Source: Trichosphaerium sp. ATCC 40318
Taxonomy: Eukaryota; Protista; Tubulinea
Assembly: GCA_038496445.1 (NCBI GenBank)
Contig: JALMLS010000277.1
Location: 355,091-419,090 of the forward strand
Direction of reading: 5' to 3'
DNA: 64,000 nucleotides
Shown: positions 29,701-42,079 of the stretch, one piece after another
Numbering within the stretch: position 1 is the stretch's first letter
Layout of the letters: the number at the start of each line of letters is the position of its first letter
The notes under the pieces: model-generated
What the model was told of the DNA's origin: nothing
Seen by the model: the letters and a program-made list of their open reading frames with translations, nothing else
Databases searched by the model: none
Translations under genes and position numbers: made by a program

Positions 29701-31270
29701 AATATGCCTTGTACATTTTCAAGTACTGGCCCAAGTTAACAAATACGTCACCAACTCTAATATCATTCATGAGGTTCAACAAATGAAAAGTCGACTGAAG
29801 GCCAAAAAGGGTTCTTACTTTCGCTTTGAGTTCCATGATCCAATCCTCTTCTCTAACTCATCTTTTAAATGAATAGAGAAATCACGTATAGAAGACATAT
29901 TTGAGAACAAAGTAAGCTTTTCTTCCTGAGTAATACACTTATTATCTTCATCTGTCATTGGTATCAGAAACAACTTAAAAAAAAAAAGGTCAGTTAATTT
30001 ACGAGTTAAAAAAGACTTGGAAATAAAAACCCCAAAAACGTACTCTAATGCAATCCTCCAATGAGTTCAAATATGACACCTCTGATGTGTACAATTCTCC
30101 TGCAGTCCTCGACCTCTTACTAGAGGCAGAAGCTACACTATCCATAGCTTTGGCGCTACCATGTTTACCTTGCATCTTATATAGCAAACTATCTGTTTGT
30201 GAGCTGGCATGTGAAGGAGACCATGTCGCTGTTCTAGAGCGCTTTCCCTCTTTTTTACGGTCCTTTGGAGGAGATATTGTACTAGGTCTGCCTACTTTAC
30301 GCGCAGACTTAGGGCGACCTAAAAGCCTCTGGGAAGTTTTAGAATGGACTTCTTTCGCTGAAGCATGTCTAGATAAAGTAATATCGCCTACAAATGAACC
30401 TTCCGACGATTGAGAGCGAAGAGAGGAAGAGCTAGATGTAGAACGCTTCCAAGTAGATCCTGGGCTTTGACCACTATAATCTCGATTTCTAGTAGAACGT
30501 TAGGCTTAGTTACGAGTTTGTATTTCTAATTGACGTGCTTTTTGGATTTTTTTACGCTCAAGCTTGCTCTTGACGAATTGGGGCTGTTTCCTCGCCTAAC
30601 AAAGTGTTAGAGAACATGTGGCAACAACCTTGTTGTACTCACGATTTTTTTTTACTTCTCGGTGACGTTATGCTTGCAATTGTCTTCGGGGAGGCGCTTT
30701 CTACGCGAAGTTAAAAGCTATTTGCGTTATATGACGTACCTTTGTCTTTTCGTTTACTTTTGCTCTTTGATGCGTTAATTATGCTGCGTGGGCTGGATAT
30801 TGGAGATGATATAGGGCTAACAATACCCTCAAGATTTATATTGGTTACTTTGGCGTTTTCTATGGCCTCCCCAAAATGTTTGTGGAATGCGTCAGTGTCG
30901 TCTGTGGCGTTGAAATTAACACCCCACACACCGTTTCTGTCCTTCCATTGAACAAATGTTTCTCCTGGTTTTTGAAATATAACTTCCGAGTCAAGTTCTG
31001 AGTTGAGTATCTCCTATGTGTACGATTATTGAGTGTTTTGATTGCTTTTGGTCACTTGCTCGTTTTGTAACAGTGTCTACGCCTGATATTCGACATTTAT
31101 TATCCCTGGTGCGTAGAAATCGTATTTGTGATAGGCCTGAATCGTGAGGCTGCCACAGTTTCTCCTTGTAGGAGTATAATGCAGCAATGACGTTGTGTAT
31201 TACTGCTTCGCCTAATCTAACACCACTGGATGTGTTAGCTAATATCGTACTTTTACCATTCGTGCCTCAT
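26741..31270 (-). CDS. EVH1/WH1 + RhoGEF (DH) + PH + MORN-repeat protein (alsin-like architecture)
   Basis: EVH1: AALYSYKEKLWQP...FVQWKDRNGVWGVNF...DAF. DH: RTAGELYTSEVSYLNSL, LDFYL/IMPVQR/VPRYKLLFKELVKVTPKDHPDY. PH: ILLTAASEQAKKDW. Many MORN repeats (YEGEWKED, YKGHWHRNKRNGEG, YTGQWKNDKIHGKG). First coding exon is 5 nt followed by a GC-AG intron. Confidence 0.9.
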
Positions 31271-31708
31271 TGCTGGACAATATACCGAATTACGTAGCAC
31301 CAAACTGGTGAAGCTAGCGTTGAGTTCTTTTAAACAAGGTAAATAAGTCTATTTAAATTACGTTTCGGAAAAGCAAACAGGAATAAACTTGACCTTGGTT
31401 GTTTAATGGTGCCTGCGACACCTTACTAGCGGCGAAAACCGTTACATCTAAATTGGAAAGAGAAAGTTTTTTTTGGGTAAGTGCTAGCGCTTTAGAGCAG
31501 CATGGCGTGTTGTTAGGACTATACTCCTTTGTACTGTACACTAAATTCAATGTCCGTTCGCTCTGGTACAAAAAAGCCGTAATAAGTGTCTCCTTTCGTT
31601 CAAATCAGTATGATGCAGATTATATTTGAGAATTGATCATAAATACATTATGTACACTGTATACCTAATACATAAAAAAAAAAATATGTTTTGCGTTTTT
31701 TGGTCCAA

Positions 31709-32387
31709 TTATGGTATCAAGTATGCCAAATTATGGCAATCATATCTGCAATAAAGTTGTAGTATCCCAAGTAACAGATAAACTAAAACGCTGTACGATA
31801 AAATAATCTAAAGGCAAAAATGTGTCAATAACTTTTTTTTCTTTGTTACGATGGACGTACGTGTACATCACACGGAACACATGTGACACGATATGGTGTA
31901 CTGATGTAGCCAAGAAAGCCATACCATAAACCACAGGTTCGATTGCATCCCTTTTTGGTGGTACACCAACATTGCCAAGGCGAACATTGGCATCTTCATC
32001 TGGTGCAACAAAAACGCGTGGTTCTGATACGATTGTTGTAGTTTTGACCTCTTGTGGTAACTCGTTACGTTTTTTTAGTACTTCTGTTACAATTGCGTCC
32101 AGGCTCGTTTCTCTGCCTCGTCTCATGTAGTCGCAAACAACCACTGGGGAAACAGTCTCAGAGTTTTCCTCCTATTAGAATAGCGTTAATTAGGCGTAGG
32201 CGGTTAATTAGAAAAAAATTTTCTACCTGTTCTGCATTCTCCGCCAACCGGGAGATTAAAGGCAACCTTACCAAAATTAGTGCATAGTAAACGAATATAT
32301 AGTTTACCTTGATCTATGTCTTGTAGTTTGTTGTTGAGGCCTTTGACCACCAACACGCGTTGTCAAACGCGCTAATGAGAGGCTCAT
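31709..32387 (-). CDS. Hypothetical protein with a C-terminal hydrophobic segment; 4 exons
   Basis: Splices to MSLSLARLTTRVGGQRPQQ...RLPLISRLAENAEQ/EENSETVSPVVVCDYM...VFRVMYT/VLVYLLLGILQLYCRY...*. No family recognised. Confidence 0.5.
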
Positions 32388-32451
32388 GTTGCGTGTTTGT
32401 ACGGACTTTTGCTGTATAAAAGTCCATTCTATTCAAACGCTCATTTGGCAA

Positions 32452-34430
32452 ATGAGGCTGAGACCGCTTGCAAGACATGTCGAAGTGTTTGAGCAGACAG
32501 CAAGGCGTTTGCGTGTACATACATTCCCTGGTTGGTACAAAATAACTGTTCGCGATGTAATACGCATTCAAGGGAGCGGCATACTGTTGTTGTTAGTACT
32601 ACGTTATAAACACGCTTTTGTAGCGTAATAACGGCAGTATTTAATTGATTTCGCCATAGATTCAAAGGATCGTTGATGAGGACCTTAGAGTATGTATACC
32701 CAGACAATAACTGGATAGCATGGGAGTTTAGGTAGCTAATAACCCTTCTTTAACTTCTTACACTCACTTACGCCATAGAAACGTGCCTCAAGGCTACTGG
32801 AAAGATATACGCAATCAGAGATTAAAGTTTGACGAAATTGGCGAAACACTTGAATTTAAAACCATGGATCTTTGGTACAACACAACATACGATGATATAT
32901 TGGATATGGGTGGCTCTGCCTCTTTAATCACGTGCGCTTTACTAATTACAAAAAAATCTCAGAAGAAAATTACTTTATTGAATCTATGAGTGTAGGTACA
33001 ATAACTCGATGTTTAAAGCTCTTTCATCTATTTATCCTGAGTTCGAATTTCAACCATGGAAGTTTGTGTACGCTTGCTGAGACCTTGGTTTCAATGAAAC
33101 TATTTTTTTTGTTTTGGAATTTTTTAGTCTCACTCTTTTTGTTTGTAGTCGTACTACTCCTTCGTTCTGGGATAATTCAGGACAAATAAGAAGTCTACTA
33201 GATCAAGCAGCAGAACGCCTTGAGGTTAAGACTTTAGTTGAATGGAATACAGTGGGACGCAGCCAAATAGCTCCGTTCATCAAGAGAACTATGGTAGACA
33301 GGTAATTTTTAAAGTTTGTTTTTACTCTTCTTATCCAACTATTTCCATAGACCTGGATCAATGTCTAAACTGTTATCTCTGGCATTTCCTGATCAACCCT
33401 GGACTGAGTTCAAGTACCTACATTTAATTATTACTCTGCTCAACCCGTCATTAACTTAAAAACCTTTAGAGATTCTTTTGAAGATGACGGAGAGGAGAAA
33501 AGAGTTGTGGAGTTTGAACGATTTGCGAAACGATTGGGTATAAAGGTATTGGATGATTGGCATAATATTAGTCGGGAAAACCTAAGATTACTATCTGTCA
33601 CGCCTTTAGGTAGAAAGTACGTCTTTTTTTTGTCACCTGTAACAAAGTTGTGAGTCAGTACCTCATCTTGAGCTTGCACTGACTCATGACTTGTAAATAA
33701 TTCCGGATGTTAATGGTACCATTACTGCTGACAGCTTTACTCTACTTGTCTTTCACTTCAATCAATGAAACGTTCTTGTAAACCTAAACTAACGAAAATT
33801 CAGATATGGTTCAGTATTTAGGGCAGTAGAAACATTGTACCCTAGGCATAGCTTCACAAAATGGAAATTCAGGTGCGTATTAATGCCAACTTTTGTTAAT
33901 GTGTTTTTGATTTTATTTAGTTTGAGAGGTAGTCCTAAAGTTATGCCTTGGGGTTATTGGCTAGACTATGATAATCAACGTAAATTTATCGAGAGATGTG
34001 AATCAATTTTTCGTATCTCCCAACCAAATGATTGGTGAGTATTAACACTTTTCTTGTACTCCATGTGCACGTTTTTTTTTGAAAGTTTCCAACAAACACC
34101 ATTCGTTCATGTGGTTCTACAAAACATTTGAAACTGTATGTACAATGACTAAGTTTTTTCTTTTTCAGGTATAGAGTGTCTATTTTACAGCTTTACAACC
34201 TCGGTGGTAGAGGGATGTGTAGCAGGATATTCAGTACACTTATAGCGTATTATCCAAATATTTCATGGAAAGAAGAAGATTTTGCTGATGCCGGAACAAA
34301 GAGAGCAAACCAAAGGTTTGTTAGATGTTTTATAATTTACTTTGTCTTTTTTCAGAGATATCATTTTTTGTATAGGTGGTTAGTACAATGCTCAGGCATG
34401 CTTTTTTCAAAGGCTTCGTTGATTCGATGA
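32452..34430 (+). CDS. Paralogue of the 5958-8049 repeat protein: 5 x ~70-aa repeats, no nuclease domain
   Basis: PQGYWKDIRNQRLKFDEI...LWYN...GG...IYPEFEFQPWKF; PSFWDNSGQIR...EWN; DDWHNI...LYPRHSFTKWKF; PWGYWLDYDNQRKFI...DWYRV...GG...YYPNISW; ends KRANQR/WLVQCSGMLFSKASLIR*. TATAAA at ~32415. Confidence 0.8.
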
Positions 34431-35273
34431 ACCCAGTAAGGCTTGATCCCAAAGATAGTACTTCTTGCTGGAGTAAAAAGCTAACAACGATGATACTTTT
34501 TTTGTGCACAGAACTTGCAGCTAGCCTTATTGCTGTAAATTAGGCTTGCTGGGGCTATTATTGACGAAAGGAGTGGCGCCTTTCTCAGAATGTAAGTTGA
34601 CAGGCACAATGGCGTACTCGGCCGAATGGGAGTACTAGATCACTGTCGTGTTCATACTTTATTCAAAACTGGCGCAGGGGAATGTTCCAAAACTCCAAAT
34701 TCATGGTAAATCAATCTTGTAACAACCTGAGAAGGTACTTTTTGGTGTTTTTGCTATCACGTGATACAAAAAGCTGTCAACTGATTTATTGCTTAGATGA
34801 GCAATTGTCATTACTTTGTTATCTGTGCACTCTCGGCTATGTCAACACTCGAATATTTTTCCCGTGGATGACAGAAGATAGTACTACCTAAGTCTGCGTA
34901 GAGTGGAGATATTTGACTGCAAACACTGTAAATTGAAAAGACGTGGCACAACCAACCACACACGCGACATGCACTAGAAACCAACAAATACGAAACAGTA
35001 ACAGATTGTATCTAGTACTAAACAATTAAAATCTGTGGAAAAGTAATGCGATACCTAGGTGAGTTTAGTAAATTCGCTAAGTTTGAAGGCAAGTAATAGC
35101 ACATACTGTATTGACCAGTAAAAGCAAAACCAACGACATCTTGGAATCACGTGAAAAGTAATTTTAAGTGAAAGTGTTATCATACAGTCTGCTGAACTTA
35201 GTTTGATTTTCTGTTAAGATACGAAGAAAACTCAAAACAAATTATATCATTTTGTCAAAAGAAGCAAGCGCTA

Positions 35274-36714
35274 ATGAGTGTTGCAATTATTGGCGCTGGG
35301 CTAGGTGGACTCACAGCCCACCTCGCATTACGAAAAGTCGGGTTTTCGCAAGTTAAAACGTTTGAGAGAGACCCAGCTTCTCAATACCGCTCGCAAGGAT
35401 ACACAATAGGTTTAAGACAGGATATAGGCATTAAAGCCCTGCGAGAACTAGGATTGGAGGAAGAATTTCAAAAAATTAGTACTTGGCAGAAAACGAAGCT
35501 CGCTTTTTCTAACGCAAAACTGAGTAAGTTACATTTTTTGTTGTTTTTTTATTTTTACTTGTGATCGCTTATTTTTGTATTTAGATGAATTAATGTCACT
35601 CGCTAGTGATCCTTCATCACGGTTTTTTACTCCCAGAGTAGAAAGAGCAGATTTGCGTGACTTGCTGTTGTCTAAATGCTCAAAAGAAGATGTGTTGTTT
35701 GGCAAAGAACTCACCAATATAGAATTATCTGAATCAGATAAGGGTCTCGTTTTAACGTTTGCAGATGGCTCCCAGCATACTTGTGATATTGTTATTGGTG
35801 CAGATGGTACAAGATCTAAAACTAGAAGCTTTCTGAGCGATGACACAGCTGAGTATGCTGGTCTAACTGCTGTAACTGGAAGACAAGTTCTAAACGGTGA
35901 TAAAGATAAATACTTTCGTAAGGCTTTTGGCTTAGATAGGAGTGACAAAGATCCACCAACATCAGTGCTTGCCATGCTCGGATACGGAACTTCAGCCTTT
36001 ATCATCAGGCAAAAATCGCCACAAAACCGAACTGTAGTCGGCTTAGGCACGTGATTCTTTTTCAAAAAAAAAAAGTGCGCCTAATGGTATCGTCTCTAGC
36101 CTTACCTGTAGACTACGACTTCACAGATAAGAATAACAAAAAACAAGTCTACGACTATGTGATGAACTATGAAGCAGTTAAAAACGTACGTGTCTAATAT
36201 TGCCTCAATTCCAAGTTGATGAACTCACCTTAAAACAATACTATAGTGTAAACCCATCAAAGAGTTTTGGGAAACAGTTGATGCAAACGAGGTTACAACA
36301 AGAAGATATCGCGATAGATTACCTCCTACCATCGAAAAGTACAACGCATTTCAAGGAAGAATTACTCTACTTGGAGATGCGTGTCATCCAATGCTACCTT
36401 TTCAAGGTCTTGGTGCTAACACTGCTATACGTGATGGCTTTGTCCTAGGCGAATGCCTTAAAGAGGCACAAGCGAAAGGTCAAACCCTTACAGATGGTCT
36501 CAAAGTGTTCAATGAAAAAACGGTTAAAGCTGGAACAGATGCTGTCAAACAAACTAGATACGCTACGAGCCTCATGCACACAAAGAGTGCTTCTACGATG
36601 ATATATTTTCAATCATTTTTATGGCTCTTTGGATTAGTTACTTATCATCCAAGAGTGGTACTTGCTACACTTACTGGCGTATTCGCTTCTTTTTGTTACT
36701 GGCTGATGAAGTGA
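35274..36714 (+). CDS. FAD-dependent monooxygenase (group A flavoprotein hydroxylase), C-terminal membrane anchor
   Basis: VAIIGAGLGGL (GxGxxG), DIVIGADGTRSKTR (DG motif), TLLGDACHPMLPFQGLGANTAIRDG (GD motif). GC-AG intron 36047-36099. Confidence 0.93.
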
Positions 36715-36955
36715 TTACTAGTAATCACTTGCGAAAGTTCGAATTACATACACACTGGCGGTTTTAAACCACACAGGAGCCGCTGGTACTCCTCCTTATT
36801 TTATAGCAGTGTACATTTGAGTCGAATAAAATCCTCTTACAAGCCAGTTTTCTTCTTGTTTTCTGGTTTTTGATTGTACTTTCGCAATCAAGTCTTGTGT
36901 GGTCTAGTCCGATACTATCTCTCGTTACCTTGTGTTATAAACTTCAGGCGAAACA

Positions 36956-37402
36956 ATGGACAGAGGTGATGTTGAGGGAAGTTGTTTTTATTGTTACTCG
37001 TATCTTACACGCTGTAGAATACACCGTGGAAAGAATGCACTACTGATAACGGTCTAAAATACTACTATAACAAGGATACAGCTCAAACATCTTGGGCTAA
37101 GCCTGATGCGCTTAAAACGAACGAGGAAAGGGAAGCTGAACGCGATGCATTAGAGCAGGCGCAAGCTGAGGTACAAATAAACATCAATATCAAGCTAAAT
37201 ACGTATTTAGGCAGAAAACACCCAGGACTAGTAAATACATATGTACAATGCAGTAAACTTAACGGCAATCAGTTTTTTTGTTTCAGCGAACCCAGACTTT
37301 CAGGAGCTCCACAAAGAACAACAGTTTAAAGACGCGAGTAATAATTCTTGAATGTCACGTGTTACGAGGAGGTGACTTGTCAAACTATGGAAGACAGCAC
37401 TG
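36956..37402 (+). CDS. Small WW-domain protein
   Basis: Exon 37018-37170 reads NTPWKECTTDNGLKYYYNKDTAQTSWAKPDALKT (WW consensus, PRP40-like). Gene ends uncertain. Confidence 0.65.
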
Positions 37403-37552
37403 ATTGCTCTCTTAACGTAACCAATACTAAAGCTACCTATCGGTTACGTAAGGTATGGTTACTTGGTTGCACTACATACTTAGATTGAACAGTGTATTTG
37501 CTGGAGAGCTGGTGTTACATATTAGCTGTCAAAGCAAGCGTTAAGTTATTTT

Positions 37553-38416
37553 TTAAAGCAACTTTGTCATTTCAAACTGAGCAATAATCAAAGTCCACTT
37601 CATCTCTTTAAGTGCATCCACAAGCGCTTCTTGGCGTTCGTCAACATGCTTCCATAACAGCGTAGCACTATAATAGTGTAGTTTACGTATCAGAATCGCC
37701 CATGAGAGCCCAGGAGTATCTGATATACCTACCTGAGCAATCGCAGTACAATCACCAGTTAAAATCGCATATCCTACTGGCTGATCACTCCCATTGTTTT
37801 CAAACAACTGAAAGAAACGGTTATTGTATTTAGTTGCCTCCACGCCTTCTCTAGTATAATCCCAACCGTAATCAAAGGGCTCCATCTTTTTGTAGAGTTG
37901 CCAGTTGGGCTCACCTTTAAGTTCTTTCAAAACGAACCGTTTTTCTTCATCTTGTTTACCAACTAATGAGCTCATATCAGGGCTCTTAAATGCCATCCAT
38001 CTAAACTGCCCCTTTAGCAATCCAGAACGAGCATACGCCTTTTGGGCACGGATATTGGCTTCAATGACTTCTAAATGTGTATATTTGTACCCAGCAGCTT
38101 TCCATTGCGGTATCGCTGCGGCATAGAGCTTGTCAACCATTTTCTTTCCTCTGTGAGATGGAATTACACCAGTACCTGCGTTGTGCGTACTGGCGTACCC
38201 ACGCCAGCTAGGTGACGTGCCTGTGAACATAAACGCAACCAGTACATTTCCATCGAATACGCCAAATGATTGTGACAAGTCTACACGCGCAAGGCAAAGG
38301 TGTGCAGATAGTGACTTACATGTTACTTGCAATGGTACGAAATAACCCTTAAAAGACAAATTGAAGGCCTCTACTAGCGTATCTAACGGCACATCTGTGA
38401 GGGCTTTAACCTCCAT
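37553..38416 (-). CDS. GNAT-family N-acetyltransferase, intronless, bacterial-like
   Basis: 287-aa single ORF: LVEAFNLSFKGYFVPL, VDLSQSFGVFDG.LV, NAGTGVIPSHRGKKM (acetyl-CoA motif A), LEVIEANIRAQKAY..SG. Confidence 0.88.
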   Translation of the reverse strand: MEVKALTDVPLDTLVEAFNLSFKGYFVPLQVTCKSLSAHLCLARVDLSQSFGVFDGNVLVAFMFTGTSPSWRGYASTHNAGTGVIPSHRGKKMVDKLYAAAIPQWKAAGYKYTHLEVIEANIRAQKAYARSGLLKGQFRWMAFKSPDMSSLVGKQDEEKRFVLKELKGEPNWQLYKKMEPFDYGWDYTREGVEATKYNNRFFQLFENNGSDQPVGYAILTGDCTAIAQVGISDTPGLSWAILIRKLHYYSATLLWKHVDERQEALVDALKEMKWTLIIAQFEMTKLL

Positions 38417-38544
38417 ATTAGTAATATAACCTTACGTTTCGCACTAGTGAGTTATCGCGAAAATACAATTTTTTTGTGTCGCACGTTTTTAACGTTCAAC
38501 AAGTGTCAAAACGCCAAATAAATAAACAACGCGATTCACACAAC

Positions 38545-39943
38545 ATGGGAGCGCAGTACGTTATGATATACTAGTACTAGGGCACTAATACAGCCAAGGC
38601 AAACAATTTTTATGCACAAGAGGCAAGGCAGCGCTAGAGAACATAGTGATGCAAGAATTAGGCGCGTAGCGAGTTAAAATAAACCATTTTTAGTTTACAT
38701 TTCTAAAACAATTTCCGTTCTAACTCTAAATTAGATATATAACATGGGATGGCACCAGGTGGGAAGCAGTGATAACAGAGGGCAAATTTCATCATAAAAA
38801 AAATGGTACTTACAAGCTATTCAACGAACAATCACTTACAGCGCTCTACCGTGCCTACAAACAACGTAAAATATATTAACGTATTCGCTAGGACATGGTA
38901 ACGGTCACTACGATACCATTATGAACTACAAAACGTGGGACAACTCAAACTGGACTGTTACAATTGCTGGACCGAATAAATTCCTTCACAAACGCGAAGG
39001 TGCACCTCGTGGACACCACGATGTTATAATGAACTACAAAACTTGGGATCACTCAAACTGGACAGCAAGACTCACAACACAAACAAAAGGTTCAACTGTT
39101 AAAGTTTCTATTAGTAGATCACATATTCGCCTTGAACAAAGCCACCGGACACCAACACCCTCGTACCCAAGTCCACAGCCTGGAATGCATCACGCGCGAC
39201 CAGGCATGGGTTATAATCCAATACCGGCTCAACCAGGATATCCTGCCCAAATGGGGCAGCCTGGCATTCCACAGCATGTAGGTCAACCCGGCTATCCTCA
39301 AATGGGTCAACCACGATATCCTATGATGGGACAACCCGGTTATTCACAGATGCATCACCCAGGATGTCCTCCACAGATGGTTCAACCGGGTTATCCTCAA
39401 ATGGGCAATCCAGCATATCCTGTAACGAACCCTGCTTATCCTCCCCAGATGGGTGGCTATCCTTCTTCACATATGGGAATGGGTCACCCTGGATATCCAT
39501 CCCATGTACAGAAACCAAACCATATCACAAAGTTTAATCACGTAAAGCAGAATGCCCATTCTGGTCACGATGATACGGTAAGCTTTGAAAATTGGTGGTT
39601 TTCGAATTAATTTAATGTAGAAACTCAATTACATCTCTTGGGACGGTAATGACTGGACTGCTACAATAATTGCCAATGGTACTAAGTTCCGCCACCAACG
39701 TAAAGGGTCTTCTTCAGGCCACAACGACTTTATTCTGAACTACAAGAGCTGGGATGGCAGCGAATGGACTTGCAGGTGCGAACACATCTTCTTAAATTAG
39801 ATCATAACACCTATTAATCTCTTTGTAGGATACAAGGAAAACAATTCTTTCATACACAACGAGGAAGAAGTGATGGCCATTGTAATCCTATTATGAACTA
39901 CAAAACATGGGGTGGGGATAACTGGACTGCGAGATTAATGTAA
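38545..39943 (+). CDS. Protein with six His/Trp repeats (F-x-H-x6-8-GH-x-D-x2-(M/L)NY-x-TWD-x3-W) flanking a Pro/Gly/Gln/Tyr/Met low-complexity region
   Basis: Spliced MGAQ/QTIFMHKRQGSAREHSDARIR/YITWDGTRW...; MNYKTWDNSNW; MNYKTWDHSNW; (QPGYPQMG)n; LNYISWDGNDW; LNYKSWDGSEW; MNYKTWGGDNWTARLM*. Confidence 0.85.
39150..39505 (+). repeat. Coding low-complexity imperfect repeat (QPGYPQMG-like units)
   Basis: Recurrent caacc(a/c)ggNtatcc units within ORF 38921-39610. Confidence 0.75.
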
Positions 39944-40428
39944 AACAAATAAATATGTCAACACTATTACCACTAGATTTTAATTGGCCATTTAAAGCCA
40001 TGCCAAACATAAACTTGTTTATTTCAAGGACGCCAATGATAAAAGAATCTTATATATACAAATGTCATTCAAGTAACGGAATACACCACAAGTACAGACG
40101 GAGAAACCAATACCAAGGATGAGCTGGAAATTTAGCAGTGTTGGGGTTACATTACACCTACAGTACGATGCAAATAACCTGCTAGACCATTTCGCAGCTT
40201 TTGCCCAATATGGTAACCCTTCCGTGGGTCTATTTCCATACGGATTCTCACAACCAAGTTTCAGTTAAAAAATAACTTTCTTAGTTCAATTAAATACGCG
40301 TGTGCACGAGACATCTCACTGGCGCCACGTAGAGTTACAACTTGTACCCTTTTCTCATTTTGTAGAGAGTATTGAACCATTAAGCGCCGCTTAAAATTGC
40401 ACATTGTTGTCGTTTGTAACCTGATCTT

Positions 40429-41878
40429 ATGGACCCTCTTGTTGTGTATGGCGCCATAGGGGTAGTAGTACTTGTAGTAGCGTGGTATATGATGAAGATA
40501 GTAAGCGCTGCAGAACGCAGAAAGCGACTTTTGGATAAAAGCAGAGAAATAAAAGTCACAGGTTACCACATAGCAATACACTGCGTATTTAGTAATTTAC
40601 ATGCATGTAGAGTTGAATATTTACCCTATCAAGAGTTGTTGTCAAGTAAGATGTCAAAAGGTTCAAATAGGTATGGCACTAGCGTATGAATAACGTTAAA
40701 ATGCTATTTAGATAAATATGGGTTTGAATACGATAGAGAATGGATGGTTGTTGATGACAGCAAATACAGAATGGTAACAGCGCGCCAAATACCTAAGGTA
40801 TCACAATAAATCTGACATAAAGCTTTGTAACACTATTCTGCAGTTGATGCTTGTAAAACCAACAATTGGCGCTACAAGCCTTACTATCAACGCACCAGAC
40901 ATGCCTACAATAGAGGTACAACTTTTCTCAAGACTTTTTTTTCATGTATTCGTAGGTACCGCTTGCAGGTCTCGAGAATAATACTGCATTCACTGTTGGC
41001 GTATGGAAGCAAACAAGTGCTGGTATAGATCAGGTACTGCGCTTTCTTTTTGCAGATGATAGACTTTCCTGATATAGTGACGGTGACCACTTTGTAATAT
41101 AATTAAATAGGGTGATGAGGTAGCTGCTTGGTTTACAAAGTATCTCGGTAAATCAGTGAGACTAGTGCGTGTGCCTCGGTCAAATCCAGACTTGCCAAAC
41201 CTCAGTGTAGGCAACCCAGTGCGTATTTACTATCTTGTTAAGAAATGTACTAAATGTTGTTGCAAGAAATATCATGTGCCTAATGCAAGCATAATAACAG
41301 CTTTTTCAGATGGCTTCCCTTACCTCGTTTTGAGTGCGTGAGAGTTTTATTTGTAAGTATTTTATGCTGACACTCTATAAGGTGAAGAGTCATTGGAGTG
41401 GGTAAACAGAGAAGTCAAAGATAAACCTGATGGTCAATTATCAACTAAGCGATTCAGGCCAAACATTGTTGTAAAAGGTAAAAAGACACCCTTATCACAT
41501 TGATGCTTTGATTGATTGACTGACTTCTAAAAGGCGCTTCTGCTCTTGAAGAAAACCAATGGCGTGAGATTACCGTAAAAGATGTACCTTTTTATCTTAC
41601 CAAAGCTTGTCCAAGATGCAAGATGACAACGATTATCCCAGAAAAAGGTACAACAGCAAGTGTCGAAAATTAGAACTTTTTTGAACTTTTTGATGTTTTA
41701 CCTAACGCGAATTCTGACCGTTTTTTCCACAGGCGCTTATGGCAATAAGGAACCGCTGGTTACAATCACAGCCAAAAATAACGGCAATTTTGGTCAAAAC
41801 GCCATGCACGCAACAGGAGCAGAAGGGACATGGATCAAAGTAGGCGATACTGTTAGAGTAATAAATGTAGCTGCGTAA
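40429..41878 (+). CDS. MARC: MOSC-domain molybdoenzyme (mARC-like) with N-terminal membrane anchor
   Basis: N-terminal TM; VTELNIYPIKSC; DREWMVV...TARQIPKLML; DQGDEVAAWFTKYLG; AFSDGFPYL; KRFRPNIVV; KACPRCKMTT (Moco Cys); IKVGD. Confidence 0.9.
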
Positions 41879-42079
41879 TAACAGTGTTACTGCCTCGCTT
41901 TCATATTTTGAAGAACATCATGTCGCACATTTACAAGTATTCCTGTAACCCGATTTTATACCCTTTTTCGTCAGTACCAGACCTTTAAAACAACCAGTGA
42001 CACGTTGTGAAATCTAAAATTGTCGCTTAACATCTACCTTCCAAAACGCTAAATTTGAGCTAAATTGTTTGTAAACAAC

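Noticed and set aside
35529-36065. Long antisense ORFs (also 21591-21866, 30048-30413, 42717-43202)
   Set aside because: They are shadows of real genes on the opposite strand and carry no recognisable motifs.
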